64,000 nucleotides of DNA from Desulfobacterales bacterium (GTDB lineage Bacteria > Desulfobacterota > Desulfobacteria > Desulfobacterales > UBA2174), in the NCBI GenBank assembly GCA_963668645.2, contig CAXXWC010000015.1, positions 120,074 through 184,073 on the forward strand, read 5' to 3'. The notes under the pieces are model-generated. The model saw only the letters and a list, made by a program, of their open reading frames with translations, did not search any database and was not told where the DNA came from. The number at the start of each line of letters is the position of its first letter. Within the stretch, counting starts at the first letter, position 1. Shown here one piece after another: positions 41,018-51,958 of the stretch. The position numbers and the translations under genes are program-made.

Positions 41018-43772
41018 ATGATCGGGATTACCTCATACGGCGCCTATATTCCCCGGCTGCGGCTCAACCGCATGGCCGTCGTCCAGGCCATGGGCTGGTT
41101 CGCCCCGGCCATCATGACCGTGGCCCAGGGCGAACGGTCCATGTGCAACTGGGACGAAGACAGTCTCACCATGGCGGTGGCCGCAACCCGCGACTGCCTG
41201 CGCGGCCGGGACAAGACCGCCCTGGATGCGGTCTACCTGGCCTCGACCACCCTGCCCTTTGCCGACCGGCAGAACGCCGGGATCCTCGCCGCGGCCCTCA
41301 ACCTCAACGAACGGATGGTAGCAGCCGATTTCGGGGCCTCCCAGAAGACGGCCACCACGGCTCTGATCACCGCCCTGGAGGGGGTCAAGAGCAAGGAGCG
41401 CAAGAACGTGCTGGTTACGGCCAGCGACCGGCGTGAAACCAAGACGGCCTATTTCTACGAGATGTGGTTCGGCGACGGGGCCGCGGCCCTGACCGTGGGC
41501 GACACGGACGTGATCGCCGAGTTCAAGGGAGCCTACAGCCTGTCGCGCGATTTCGTGGACCATTACCGGGGCGCCCGGAAGATGTACGACTACGTCTGGG
41601 AAGAGCGCTGGAACCGCGACGAGGGCTACGCCAAGATCATCCCCGAGGTGGTGGGCGGCCTGCTGGCCAAGCTCGATCTGACCATGGAGGATGTGGACCG
41701 GCTGGCCTTTCCGTGCTTCTTCAAGGCCGATCACCGCAAGATCGCAAAAGCGCTGGGGGCCGGCCCGGAAAAGCTGGTGGACAACCTGCATGAGGTCTGC
41801 GGCGAGTGCGGCACGGCCCACAGCTTCCTGCTGCTGATAAAGGCCCTGGAAGAAGCGCGCCCGGGCCAGAAGATCCTGGTGGCCGGCTACGGCCAGGGGG
41901 CCAACGCCCTGCTCTTCGAGGTTACGGAAAACATCACCCGCCTGGCGCCGCGCAGCGGGCTGAGCGGTGCCCTGGCCAACAAGAAGACCATCGACAACTA
42001 CGCCAAATGGCTCAAGTTCCGCGAACTGATGAGCGTGGAAATGGGAATCCGGGCCGAGGCCCCGACCCAGACGGCCACCACGGTCCTCTACCGCAAGAAC
42101 AAGATGCTCCTCGGCCTGGTGGGCGGCCGTTGCCGCGCCTGCAGCACGCCGCAGTATCCCAGCTACGACATCTGCGTCAATCCGGCCTGCGGTGCCCACC
42201 ACAGCCAGGACGAATACGAATTTTCCGATCTGCCGGCCAAGGTCAAGACCTTCACCGGCGACATGCTGGCCGTGTCGGTGGATCCGCCGGCGATTTACGG
42301 GATGGTCCAGTTCGAAGGCGGCGGGCGCATGATGGCCGATTTTACCGACTGCGAACTGTCCGAAATCCGCGTGGGCCTTCCGGTCACCATGGAATTCAAG
42401 CGCAAGGCGGTGGACAAGGAGCGCGGGTTCGTCAACTACTTCTGGAAGGCGGTTCCCGTGCCCGGTGCGGCCGCCGGGATGGACAAGATCCGTTATGACG
42501 GTCAGGTGGCCATCGTCACCGGAGCCGGGGCCGGCCTGGGCCGGACCTACGCCCTGGAACTGGCCCGGCGCGGGGCCCGGGTGGTGGTCAACGACCTGGG
42601 CTCGGCCCGCGACGGCTCCGGGGACGGATCGAGCAGTCCGGCCGACCAGGTGGCGGCCGAGATCAAGGCCGCCGGCGGCGAGGCGGTGGCCAACTACGAA
42701 AACGTGGCCACGCCCGAGGGCGGGGCCGCCATCGTCCAAACGGCCATCGAGGCCTTCGGCACGGTGGATATTTTGATCAACAACGCCGGGATCCTGCGCG
42801 ACAAGAGCTTTACCAAGATGGCGCCGGAAAACTGGCGCGCGGTGCTCGACGTGCATCTTAGCGGGGCCTACCACGTCACCCGGCCGGCCTTCGAGGTGAT
42901 GAAGGCCAAGGGTTACGGGCGCATCGTGATGACCACCTCGGCCGCCGGGCTTTACGGCAACTTCGGCCAGACCAACTATTCGGCGGCCAAACTGGGCCTG
43001 GTGGGGCTGATGAACACCCTGAAGATCGAAGGGGCCAAATACGACATCAAGGTCAACGCCATCGCGCCCCTGGCCGCCTCGCGTCTCACCGAGGACGTGA
43101 TGCCGCCGGAGATCTTCGCCAAGATGAAGCCCGAGTTCGTGGCCCCCATGGTCCTGTATCTGGCCTGCGAAAAGTGCACCCAGACCGGGGCCGTTTTCAA
43201 CGCCGGCATGGGCTACTACAACCGGGCCGCCGTCCTCACCGGACCGGGGGTCAAGCTCGCCGGCCCCGACGGCCCGCCCACCCCCGAACAGATCTGGAAC
43301 CGCTGGGAAGAGATCAACCGCATGGACGGGGCCAAGGAGCTGGGCGACGCCAACACGGCCCTGATGGACCTGATGACCGAAAAAAAGCCGGCCCCGGCGG
43401 CCAAGGACAGGGCCGACGACGCAAGCCAGGACGCCGGGGGCGACGCGCCCGAGGTGGCGGCCATCTTCGACAGGATGCCCCAGGCTTTCAACCCGGACAA
43501 GGCCGCCGGGGTCGAAGTGGTGTTTCAGTACATCATCGGCGGGCCGGGCGGCGGCGAGTGGACCGTGGCCGTCAAGGACGGAACGTGCACGGTGAAAAAA
43601 GGCCAGGCCGCCAAGGCCACCTGCACCCTGAAGATCAACGCGGCCGATTTCGTGAGGATGATCGGCGGCACCCTGCCGCCCATAGCAGGCCTTTACCTCG
43701 GGCAAACTGCAAATCAGCGGGGACGTGATGAAATCCCAGCTCATCGAAAAACTTTTTACGCTGGCGCGCTGA
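41018..43772 (+). CDS. HMG-CoA-synthase-like, DUF35 (Zn-ribbon/OB), SDR and SCP2 fusion; +1 frameshift at about 43684
   Basis: GITSYGAYIPRLR, DEDSLTMAV; CRAC..YP..C.NP.C; SDR motifs; removing A43684 restores PMQAFTSGKLQISGDVMKSQL as in the paralog. Confidence 0.85.
42505..42978 (+). repeat. 474-bp direct repeat, copy 2
   Basis: Offset 2762 bp from copy 1. Confidence 0.9.
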
Positions 43773-43799
43773 TGCGCGCCGCGATCCTAGGAGGACATC

Positions 43800-45009
43800 A
43801 TGGCCACCGGCATTCGTGACAAAGTCGCCATCATCGGCATGGGCTGCACCCGCTTCGGCGAACGCTGGGACGTGGGCGCCGAGGAGTTGATGGTCGAGGC
43901 CTTCGAAGAGGCCCTGGCCGACGCCGGGATCGAAAAGAAAGATATCGGCGCGGCCTGGCTGGGAACCTGCTTCGACAACATCAGCGTGGGCAAGAGCGCC
44001 CTGCCGCTTTCCATGACCCTGCGCCTGCCCTTTATTCCCGTCACCCGGGTGGAGAATTTCTGCGCCACCGGCACCGAGGCCTTCCGCGGGGCCTGCTACG
44101 GGGTGGCCTCGGGGGCCTACGACATCTGCCTGGCCCTGGGGGTCGAAAAGCTCAAGGACACCGGCTACGGCGGCCCTGCCGAGCTTCGTCGGCTCGGACT
44201 CGGGCAGCCTGACATGGCAGTGGTTTCCCAACATCACCGCCCCGGGATCCTTTGCCCAGCTGGCCAGCGCCTACGCGGCCAAGTACCGCGTCAAGGATCA
44301 GGATCTGAAACACGCCATGGCCCACGTCTCTGCCAAGAGCCACGCCAACGGGGTCCTCAACCCCAAGGCCCACCTGAGAAAGGCCGTCAGCGAGGAGCAG
44401 ATCATGGCCGCCCCCATCATCGCCCATCCTCTGGGGCTTTTTGACTGCTGCGGCGTGAGCGACGGGTCGGCGGCCGCCATCGTCACCACCCCGGAGATCG
44501 CCCAAAAGCTGGGCAAGAAGAATCTGGTCAGCGTCAAGGGATTGCAGCTGGCCCTGAGCAGCGGCGAGGAGATGGGCTACAACGACTGGGATGGCGAGCA
44601 TTTCATGACCACCAGCGTCTGCAGCCGCAAGGCCTACGACGAGGCCGGGATCGACGACCCGGCCAAGGACATCTCCATGATGGAGGTCCACGACTGTTTT
44701 TCCATCACCGAACTGGTCACCATGGAAGACCTGCATATCTCCGAGCGCGGCCGGGCCTGGCGCGACGTGCTCGACGGGCGCTTCGACCGCCAGGGGGCCA
44801 ATCCCTGCCAGGTGGACGGGGGCCTGAAGTGCTTCGGCCATCCCATCGGGGCCTCGGGCCTGCGCATGCTCTACGAGATGTACCTCCAGTTCCATGGCCG
44901 GGCCGGCGAGCGCCAGATCGAAAACCCGAGGTACGGACTGACCCACAACCTGGGCGGATTCCCGTCCATGAACGTCTGCTCGATCTGCGTCATCGGCAGG
45001 TACGAATAG
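43800..45009 (+). CDS. SCP2-type thiolase; +1 frameshift at about 44175
   Basis: VENFCATG, EVHDCF, GHPIGASG, HNLGG; removing one C from CCC 44174-44176 gives one ORF (GYGGLPSF...). Confidence 0.9.
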
Positions 45010-45021
45010 AGCGGTGGGAAG

Positions 45022-45366
45022 ATGCTCGACATCATCATCATCCCCGACACCCCGGTAGAGGCGGTCCTCGACTGCAAGTGCTGCCACCTGCCGGGATTGA
45101 ACATCGAAGTCCTGGTGCGCAACCGGGGCCATCGCCCGGCGACGGCGGCCGGCCCCCTGCACTTTACGGGGCCGGACGGCAGTCCCGGACGTCTCGACCT
45201 CTATCCGTTCTGGCCGGTTGAGGTGGCACCGGCAGATGTGACCGCCTTTTACGGGAGCCTTGACGCCGAGATGCTGCGGCGCTGCACGGCATTTTGCATG
45301 GCCGACGGCGACGGCCGGCGCCACCCGGCCCGGATCACCGGCACGACAGACTCGGCTCCCGGTTGA
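45022..45366 (+). CDS. Hypothetical protein with a CxCC motif
   Basis: 114-aa ORF filling the gap inside the operon. Confidence 0.55.
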   Translation: MLDIIIIPDTPVEAVLDCKCCHLPGLNIEVLVRNRGHRPATAAGPLHFTGPDGSPGRLDLYPFWPVEVAPADVTAFYGSLDAEMLRRCTAFCMADGDGRRHPARITGTTDSAPG

Positions 45367-45394
45367 AACTCTAAACTTCAAACGCGGTGCTTCC

Positions 45395-46540
45395 ATGTAC
45401 GATCTGACCAAATCCCAAAAGGAAATCCAGAAGGCGGCGCGCGATTTTGCCAAAGGCGAATTCGACAAGACCCTGGCCCGGGACCTGGACCGCGATGAAA
45501 CTTTCCCGCAATCCATATGGCGCCGGGCCGCCGAACTCGGCTTTGCCGGGATTCAGTTTCCCGAAGCCTTCGGCGGCGGCGGACTCGGGCTGATGGAAGC
45601 CGTCCTGCTGGCCGAGGCCCTCTGCCAGGCCGATTCCTCGCTGGGCGCTGCCGTCCTGGATCCGGCCGCGGCTTGTGCCGCCATCGCCCGTTTCGGCACC
45701 GAAGGGCAGAAGAAGTCCTTTCTGGAGCCGGTCCTCGAAGGGCGCAAACGATCGGCGGCCGCCTTCCAGGAAGCCGCCGTCTCGCTGGCCTTTTTGCCTG
45801 AGGCCGCAGCTGCGGCTCAGGCAGACGGCTGGCGCCTGCAAGGCGTCAAGTCCTATGTCGCCGGCGCACTCGGGGCCGATTTTTTCGTGGTTCTGTGCCG
45901 CGACGCGCCAGGCGATGGGGGCGCCGGTACGGCGAGCATGTTCATCGTCGAAGCCGGTCTTGCCGGGGTCTCGCTGGCCCCCGAGGGGCGCAGGCTCGGG
46001 GGCAACCTGAGCCCCGGCGCGGCCCTGCACCTCGAAGGGGTCGACTTGGGCCCCGAAGGCCTGCTCGGGCGCCGCGGCCGGGGAATGGCCCAGTTGGAAG
46101 CCTACTTCACCGAAAGACGCATCCTCCAGGCGGCCCAGGCCCTGGGCATGGCCCAGGGCGCCCTGGACCGGGCCGTGGCCTATGCCAAACAGCGGGTCCA
46201 GTTCAAACGCAAAATCGCCGTCTTCCAGGTTACCCGCCACAAGATCGCCGAAATGGCCCTGGCGGTGGAAGCAGCCCGCGCCCTGGTCTATGCCGCGGCC
46301 CGGGCCTTCGACCGCGGCAAGGCCGACAGCCGTCTGGCCGCGGCCGCCAAGTCGGGCGCCGCGGCCGCGGCCGTGAACGCCGCCGATGAGGCCATCCAGA
46401 TCCACGGCGGCTACGGCTACATGCGCGAGTACGACGTGGAGCGCTTCTACCGCGACGCCAAAGCGCTCTCCCTGGCCGAGGGAACGCCGGAAGAATTGCG
46501 CGACCTCATCGGCACGGCGGTTATCGGGAAAGTGAAATAG
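45395..46540 (+). CDS. Acyl-CoA dehydrogenase family protein (degenerate N-terminal flavin motif)
   Basis: RVQF..FQ, QIHGGYGY, RFYRD, AEGT; lacks TEPxAGSD. Confidence 0.88.
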   Translation: MYDLTKSQKEIQKAARDFAKGEFDKTLARDLDRDETFPQSIWRRAAELGFAGIQFPEAFGGGGLGLMEAVLLAEALCQADSSLGAAVLDPAAACAAIARFGTEGQKKSFLEPVLEGRKRSAAAFQEAAVSLAFLPEAAAAAQADGWRLQGVKSYVAGALGADFFVVLCRDAPGDGGAGTASMFIVEAGLAGVSLAPEGRRLGGNLSPGAALHLEGVDLGPEGLLGRRGRGMAQLEAYFTERRILQAAQALGMAQGALDRAVAYAKQRVQFKRKIAVFQVTRHKIAEMALAVEAARALVYAAARAFDRGKADSRLAAAAKSGAAAAAVNAADEAIQIHGGYGYMREYDVERFYRDAKALSLAEGTPEELRDLIGTAVIGKVK

Positions 46541-46542
46541 AG

Positions 46543-47685
46543 ATGGACATTCTGACCTACACGCCCGACCAGCAAGACTTTCGCCGTCGCCTGCACGCCT
46601 TTTGCGAAACCGAGATCACTCCCTTTGCCGACCAATGGGAGCGCGACCACGGCGTGCCGCGCGAAATCTGGCGCCGCATGGGCCGGGCCGGATTTCTCTG
46701 CCCCTGCGTCGATCCGGCCTACGGCGGGCTGGGGGGCGATTTCCGCTACGCCCTGATCGTAGGCGAAGAGCTGGCCGCCACCGGCCAGACCGGGCTGGCC
46801 GCCTCTTTGCACAGCGACGTGGTGGTGCCCTACATCGAAAGCTTTGCCTCCGAGGCCCAAAAACGCCGCTTTCTGCCCGGCTGTGTCAACGGGGAAATCG
46901 TCACCGCCGTGGCCATGACCGAACCAGGGGCCGGCAGCGATCTGGCCGCCATGACCACCACGGCCGTGGCCCAAGGGGACCGGATCCGCCTCGACGGTGC
47001 AAAGACCTTCATCTCCAACGGTCAAAGCTGCGACCTGGTGGTCCTGGCGGCCCGCGAGCCGGACGTGGCCGATCCCCACCAGGCCATTTCACTTTTTCTG
47101 GTGGAATCCGGCCGGCCCGGCTTCGGCAAGGGAACCCGGCTCGAAAAGATGGGCTGGCACAGCCAGGACACGGCCGAACTCTACTTCAACGCGTGCGACA
47201 TCCCCCGGGAAAACCGCCTCGGCGAAAAGGGGGCCGGTTTTTTGATGCTGATGAGCAAGCTCCAGCAGGAACGCCTGGTCTGCGCCATCGGCGGGTTCGC
47301 GGCCGCCGAACGGATCCTGGCCTGGACCAGCGACTATTGCCGGCGCACCCGGGTCGACGGCCGGCCCCTGGCCAAGCGCCAGGCGGTGCAGTTCGCCCTG
47401 GTGGAAATGGCCGCCGAGGTCAAGATCGGCCGCACCTTCGTCGAAAGCCTGGTGGCGGACCACATCGCCGGCACCCAGATCGTGGTGGAAACCTCCATGG
47501 CCAAGTTCTGGACCACAGACCTGGCCAACCGGACGGCCAACCGCTGCCTGGATCTGATCGGCGAGGAGGGGAGCCTGGAGCGCACCCCCATCGTACGGGG
47601 CCTGCGCGATGCGCGCATCATGTCGATCTTTGCCGGCACCAACGAGATCATGAAGCAGATCGCAGCAAAATTCATGGGGCTTTAA
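46543..47685 (+). CDS. Acyl-CoA dehydrogenase family protein
   Basis: AMTEPGAGSD, KTFISNG, QDTAEL, QERL, IFAGTNEIMK. Confidence 0.92.
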   Translation: MDILTYTPDQQDFRRRLHAFCETEITPFADQWERDHGVPREIWRRMGRAGFLCPCVDPAYGGLGGDFRYALIVGEELAATGQTGLAASLHSDVVVPYIESFASEAQKRRFLPGCVNGEIVTAVAMTEPGAGSDLAAMTTTAVAQGDRIRLDGAKTFISNGQSCDLVVLAAREPDVADPHQAISLFLVESGRPGFGKGTRLEKMGWHSQDTAELYFNACDIPRENRLGEKGAGFLMLMSKLQQERLVCAIGGFAAAERILAWTSDYCRRTRVDGRPLAKRQAVQFALVEMAAEVKIGRTFVESLVADHIAGTQIVVETSMAKFWTTDLANRTANRCLDLIGEEGSLERTPIVRGLRDARIMSIFAGTNEIMKQIAAKFMGL

Positions 47686-47700
47686 GAAACTGAAAACAGT

Positions 47701-47736
47701 GTCCTTTGGGTCCCTTTGGTCATTCTGGTCCCTTCT
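47701..47736. repeat. 9-bp-period tandem repeat
   Basis: GTCCTTTGG GTCCCTTTG GTCATTCTG GTCCCTTCT. Confidence 0.65.
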
Positions 47737-47762
47737 TCGACCCACAACCCGGAGCGCAGAGC

Positions 47763-48911
47763 ATGCAAACCCAAGGCGCCCTCAAGGGCATCACGATCCT
47801 CGACCTCTCACGGCTCCTGCCCGGCCCCTATGCCTCGATGATCCTGGCCGACCACGGGGCCCGTGTGATCTCCGTGGAGGACAAGCGCTTTCTGGCCGAA
47901 GGCCTCTTTCTGGCCACCGTCAACCGCAACAAGGAGCACATGTCGCTCAACCTCAAGACCGAGGCCGGCCTGGAAGTCTTCTTCAAGCTGGCGGCCCGCA
48001 GCGACGTGGTGATGGAAGGGTTCCGGCCCGGGGTGGTGGACCGGCTGGGGGTCGGCTACGAGGCGGTGCGCCGGGTGCGCCCGGATGTGATCTACTGCGC
48101 CGTGACCGGCTACGGTCAAAACGGACCGGCCCGCGACCGGGCCGGTCATGACATCAACTATCTCTCCCAGGCCGGGGTGCTGGAGCTGATGGGCGAAAGC
48201 GATCGCCCCCCCTCGATCCCCGGGATCCAGATCGCCGACATGGTCGGGGGCGGGATGAACGCCGTGATCGGGATCCTGCTCGCCCTCTACCACCGCCACC
48301 GGACCGGCCAGGGCCAGTACATCGACATCTCCATGACCGACGGCACGGCCGGTCTGCTCCCCCTGGCCCAGTTCTTCCGCCAGCTGACGGGCAAAGATCC
48401 CCGGCGCGGCGACATGCTCCTGGCCCACCGCTACGCCTGCTACAACACCTACGAGACCGCCGACGGGCGCCACCTTTCCATCGGCGCGGTGGAAAACCGC
48501 TTCTGGAAAAACCTGTGCGAACATTTCGGGGTCCCGCAGTACGCGCCCCTGCAGTACGACGACGGCCGGCGCCAGGAGATCATCGCCCATTTTCGCCAGC
48601 GCTTCCGGCAAAAAAGCCTGGCCCACTGGTGCGCCGAACTGGAACCGCTGGACGTCTGTTTCGGCAAGGTTCAGACCTTTACCGAAGTGCTGGCCGATCC
48701 GCTCTTCCGCCAGCGTCAGATGGTGGTCGATCTGAAGCGGGCCGACGGCACATCTTCGCCGGCCCTGGGCGTCCCGGTCAAGCTGAGCCGCTCACCCGGT
48801 GCGGTGCGCACCCCGCCGCCGGACTTCGGCCAAAGCACCCGCGCCATCCTGGCCGAGCTGGGCTACCGTCCGGACCAGATCGAAGCCATGGCGGCCGAGA
48901 ACGTCATCTGA
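47763..48911 (+). CDS. CaiB/BaiF family III protein, alpha-methylacyl-CoA racemase-like
   Basis: DLSRLLPGP, NRNK, EGFRPGV, AGHDINY, IADMVGGG. Confidence 0.85.
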   Translation: MQTQGALKGITILDLSRLLPGPYASMILADHGARVISVEDKRFLAEGLFLATVNRNKEHMSLNLKTEAGLEVFFKLAARSDVVMEGFRPGVVDRLGVGYEAVRRVRPDVIYCAVTGYGQNGPARDRAGHDINYLSQAGVLELMGESDRPPSIPGIQIADMVGGGMNAVIGILLALYHRHRTGQGQYIDISMTDGTAGLLPLAQFFRQLTGKDPRRGDMLLAHRYACYNTYETADGRHLSIGAVENRFWKNLCEHFGVPQYAPLQYDDGRRQEIIAHFRQRFRQKSLAHWCAELEPLDVCFGKVQTFTEVLADPLFRQRQMVVDLKRADGTSSPALGVPVKLSRSPGAVRTPPPDFGQSTRAILAELGYRPDQIEAMAAENVI

Positions 48912-48931
48912 TTTCAGGGATTGCAACGACC

Positions 48932-50077
48932 ATGCAAATACTCGACTACACCCTGGCCCATCAAGACTTCCGGCGCCGCCTGCGCGCTTTTCTGGATGAC
49001 GAGGTCGTGCCACACATCGACCGCTGGGAGAATGAGACCCACATCGTTCCCCGGCAGGTCTGGCAAAGAATGGGGGGTCAGGGCTTTCTATGCACGGCCG
49101 TTCCCCCAGCCTACGGGGGGGCTGGACTCGATTTTCTCTATTCGGTGATCGTCATCGAAGAGATCAGCCGCACCAACCACAACGGTCTGGCCACCCCCCT
49201 GCACAGCGACATCGTGGTGCCCTATATCGTCTCTTTCGGCAGCGAAGAGCAAAAACAGCGCTTTTTGCCCGGCTGTGTCAAGGGGCGCACCATCACCGCC
49301 GTGGCCATGACCGAACCGGGAGCCGGCAGCGACCTGGCCGCCATGAGCACCACGGCGGTGGAAGACGGGGGCCAGATCGTCATCGAAGGGGCCAAAACCT
49401 TCATCACCAACGGGATCAATGCCGACCTGATCGTCCTGGCGGCCAGGGACCCGGCGGTGGAAAATCCCCACCAGGCCATCTCCCTTTACCTGGTGCCGGC
49501 CGGCACCCCCGGATTTTCCCGGGGCCGCCACCTGGAAAAAATGGGCTACCAGAGCCAGGACACGGCCGAACTGTTCTTTTCCGGCTGCCGCATCCCGGCG
49601 CAAAACCGCCTCGGTGAAAAGGGGATGGGCTTTTTGATGCTCATGGACAAACTCCAGCAGGAGCGCCTGGTGGTGGCGGTGATGGCCCAGGCCGCAGCCG
49701 AGTTCGTGCTTCAATGGGCCACCGATCACCTGCGCCGCACCCTGGTGGACGGCAAACCCCGCAGCCGCTCCCAGGCGGTGCAGTTCGCCCTGGTGGAGAT
49801 GACCACCGAAGTCAAACTGGGCCGCACCTTTCTCGACCGGCTGGTGGCCGAACACATGGCCGGTGAAAAGGTCATCGTGGAAACCTCCATGGCCAAGTAC
49901 TGGATCAGCGCCATGGCCAGCCGCACGGCCGAGCGTTGCCTCGAGCTCTGCGGCCCGGAAGCCGGCCTGGAGCGCTGCCGCGCGGTGCGCACCTTCCGCG
50001 ATGCCCGGGTGATGTCGATCTTTGCCGGCACCAACGAGATCATGAAACAGATCGCCGCAAAATTCATGGGATTGTAA
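48932..50077 (+). CDS. Acyl-CoA dehydrogenase, paralog of 46543-47685
   Basis: Same motifs; identical C-terminus IFAGTNEIMKQIAAKFMGL. Confidence 0.92.
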   Translation: MQILDYTLAHQDFRRRLRAFLDDEVVPHIDRWENETHIVPRQVWQRMGGQGFLCTAVPPAYGGAGLDFLYSVIVIEEISRTNHNGLATPLHSDIVVPYIVSFGSEEQKQRFLPGCVKGRTITAVAMTEPGAGSDLAAMSTTAVEDGGQIVIEGAKTFITNGINADLIVLAARDPAVENPHQAISLYLVPAGTPGFSRGRHLEKMGYQSQDTAELFFSGCRIPAQNRLGEKGMGFLMLMDKLQQERLVVAVMAQAAAEFVLQWATDHLRRTLVDGKPRSRSQAVQFALVEMTTEVKLGRTFLDRLVAEHMAGEKVIVETSMAKYWISAMASRTAERCLELCGPEAGLERCRAVRTFRDARVMSIFAGTNEIMKQIAAKFMGL

Positions 50078-50101
50078 AAAGAAAAAAGGAGGGAACTTCA
50101 G

Positions 50102-51958
50102 ATGGCCCAACTGATCGCCGACCGGCGCGACATAGACTTCGTTCTTTACGAGCAGCTCGATGTCGAAGCCCTGTGCCGAACCGAACGCTACCGTGAGTTC
50201 AACCGCAAGACCCTGGATCTGATCCTCACCGAGGCGCGCAGCTTCGCCATCAAGGAGATCCTGCCGACCTTCGCGCCTGCAGACCGCGAGGGGCTGCGCT
50301 TCGAGAACAACCGGGTCCATGTGCCCGAATGTTTTCACCGGGCCTACCGGCTCTTTTGCGAAAACGAGTATACCGCCCTGCCCGCCGATCCCGAAATCGG
50401 CGGCCAGGGACTGCCCCATGTGGTCTCCCAGGCGGTCAGCGACTACCTGCTGGGGGCCAACTACGCCTTTACGCTCTATTGCTGGTCCGGCTTCGGGGCC
50501 GGAGAAATGATCGAGATCTTCGGCACCGACGAGCAAAAAGCCCTCTTCCTCAAAAAAATGTACACCGGCCAATGGGGCGGCACCATGGTGCTCACCGAGC
50601 CGGAAGCCGGCAGCGACGTGGGCAACCTGCAGACCTCGGCGCGGCTCAACCCGGACGGCACCTACTCGATTTGCGGCAACAAGATCTTCATCACCAACGC
50701 CGAGCACGACCTGACCGAAAACATCATCCACCCGGTCCTGGCCCGCATCGAGGGGGCCCCGGCCGGTACCAAGGGAATTTCGCTTTTCATCGTGCCCAAG
50801 ATCTGGGTCAACGAAGACGGGAGCCTCGGGGCGCCCAACGACGTGGTCTGCACCGCCATCGAGGAAAAAATGGGCATCCACGCCAGCCCCACCTGCCAGT
50901 TGTCCTTCGGGGCCAAGGGAGAGTGCCGCGGCCTGTTGCTGGGCGAGGTCAACAAGGGGATGCGGGTGATGTTCCATATGATGAACGCCGCGCGCATCCT
51001 GGTGGGCGCCATCGGCGCTTCCAGCGCCTCGGCGGCCTATCTGTACGCGCTGGACTACGCCCGCCAGCGCAAGCAGGGCCGGGACCTGGAAAAGGCCTTC
51101 GACCCCACCGCCGCCCAGGTGCCCATCATCCGCCACCCGGACGTACGTCGCATGCTGATGTGGATGAAAAGCCACGTGGAGGGGATGCGCAGTCTGATCG
51201 CCTACGGGACCTGGTGCATCGACCAGCAAAAGTGCCATCCGGACCCCGAGATGCGCGAATACTACAAGGGGATCCTCGATCTTTTGACCCCGGTGATCAA
51301 GGCCTACTGCACCGACCGCGGGGTGGACGTGTGCAGCCAGGCCATCCAGGTCTTCGGCGGCTACGGCTACACCCGGGACTACCCGGTGGAACAGCTCTTG
51401 CGCGATGTGCGCATCGCACCGATCTACGAAGGCACCAACGGGATCCAGGCCATGGACCTGCTGGGCCGCAAGCTCGGCATGGCCGGCGGCAAGATCTTTG
51501 TCAACCTGATGGACGAGATCAAGAAAACCTGTGCCCGGGCCCGTGAAACACCTTCCCTGGCGCCGCTGGCCGAACACCTCGAAGCGGCGGTGGACCGCAT
51601 GGGGCAAACCGCCATGCACCTGGGCACCATGGCCATGAGCGAACGGCTGCGGGCGGCCTTTGCCCAGGCCTGCCCATTTTTGGACGTGGTCGGGGACGTG
51701 ACCATGGCCTGGATGCTGCTGTGGCGGGCCGCGGTGGCGGCCCCGGCCCTGGAGAAAATCCTTGACGGGCTCCAGGGCGGCGCACGACGCGAAAAGATCG
51801 AAAAAAACAAGAACGCCGCCTTCTATGAAGGGCAGCTCCGTTCGGCCGAGTTTTATATCGAAACCGTCCTGCCCGTAACCTGCGGCCGCATGGACAGCAT
51901 CATGGCCGCCAACGCGGCGGTGGTCGATATCCCGGAAACCGCCTTCGGCGGACTCTGA
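50102..51958 (+). CDS. Long-form acyl-CoA dehydrogenase (FadE5-like)
   Basis: 618 aa; [38 protein letters not shown]. Confidence 0.92.
   Translation: MAQLIADRRDIDFVLYEQLDVEALCRTERYREFNRKTLDLILTEARSFAIKEILPTFAPADREGLRFENNRVHVPECFHRAYRLFCENEYTALPADPEIGGQGLPHVVSQAVSDYLLGANYAFTLYCWSGFGAGEMIEIFGTDEQKALFLKKMYTGQWGGTMVLTEPEAGSDVGNLQTSARLNPDGTYSICGNKIFITNAEHDLTENIIHPVLARIEGAPAGTKGISLFIVPKIWVNEDGSLGAPNDVVCTAIEEKMGIHASPTCQLSFGAKGECRGLLLGEVNKGMRVMFHMMNAARILVGAIGASSASAAYLYALDYARQRKQGRDLEKAFDPTAAQVPIIRHPDVRRMLMWMKSHVEGMRSLIAYGTWCIDQQKCHPDPEMREYYKGILDLLTPVIKAYCTDRGVDVCSQAIQVFGGYGYTRDYPVEQLLRDVRIAPIYEGTNGIQAMDLLGRKLGMAGGKIFVNLMDEIKKTCARARETPSLAPLAEHLEAAVDRMGQTAMHLGTMAMSERLRAAFAQACPFLDVVGDVTMAWMLLWRAAVAAPALEKILDGLQGGARREKIEKNKNAAFYEGQLRSAEFYIETVLPVTCGRMDSIMAANAAVVDIPETAFGGL

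Noticed and set aside
41018..45009. Mevalonate-pathway HMG-CoA synthase or phloroglucinol biosynthesis
   Set aside because: The catalytic Cys is absent, no HMG-CoA reductase or type III PKS is present, and the context is catabolic.
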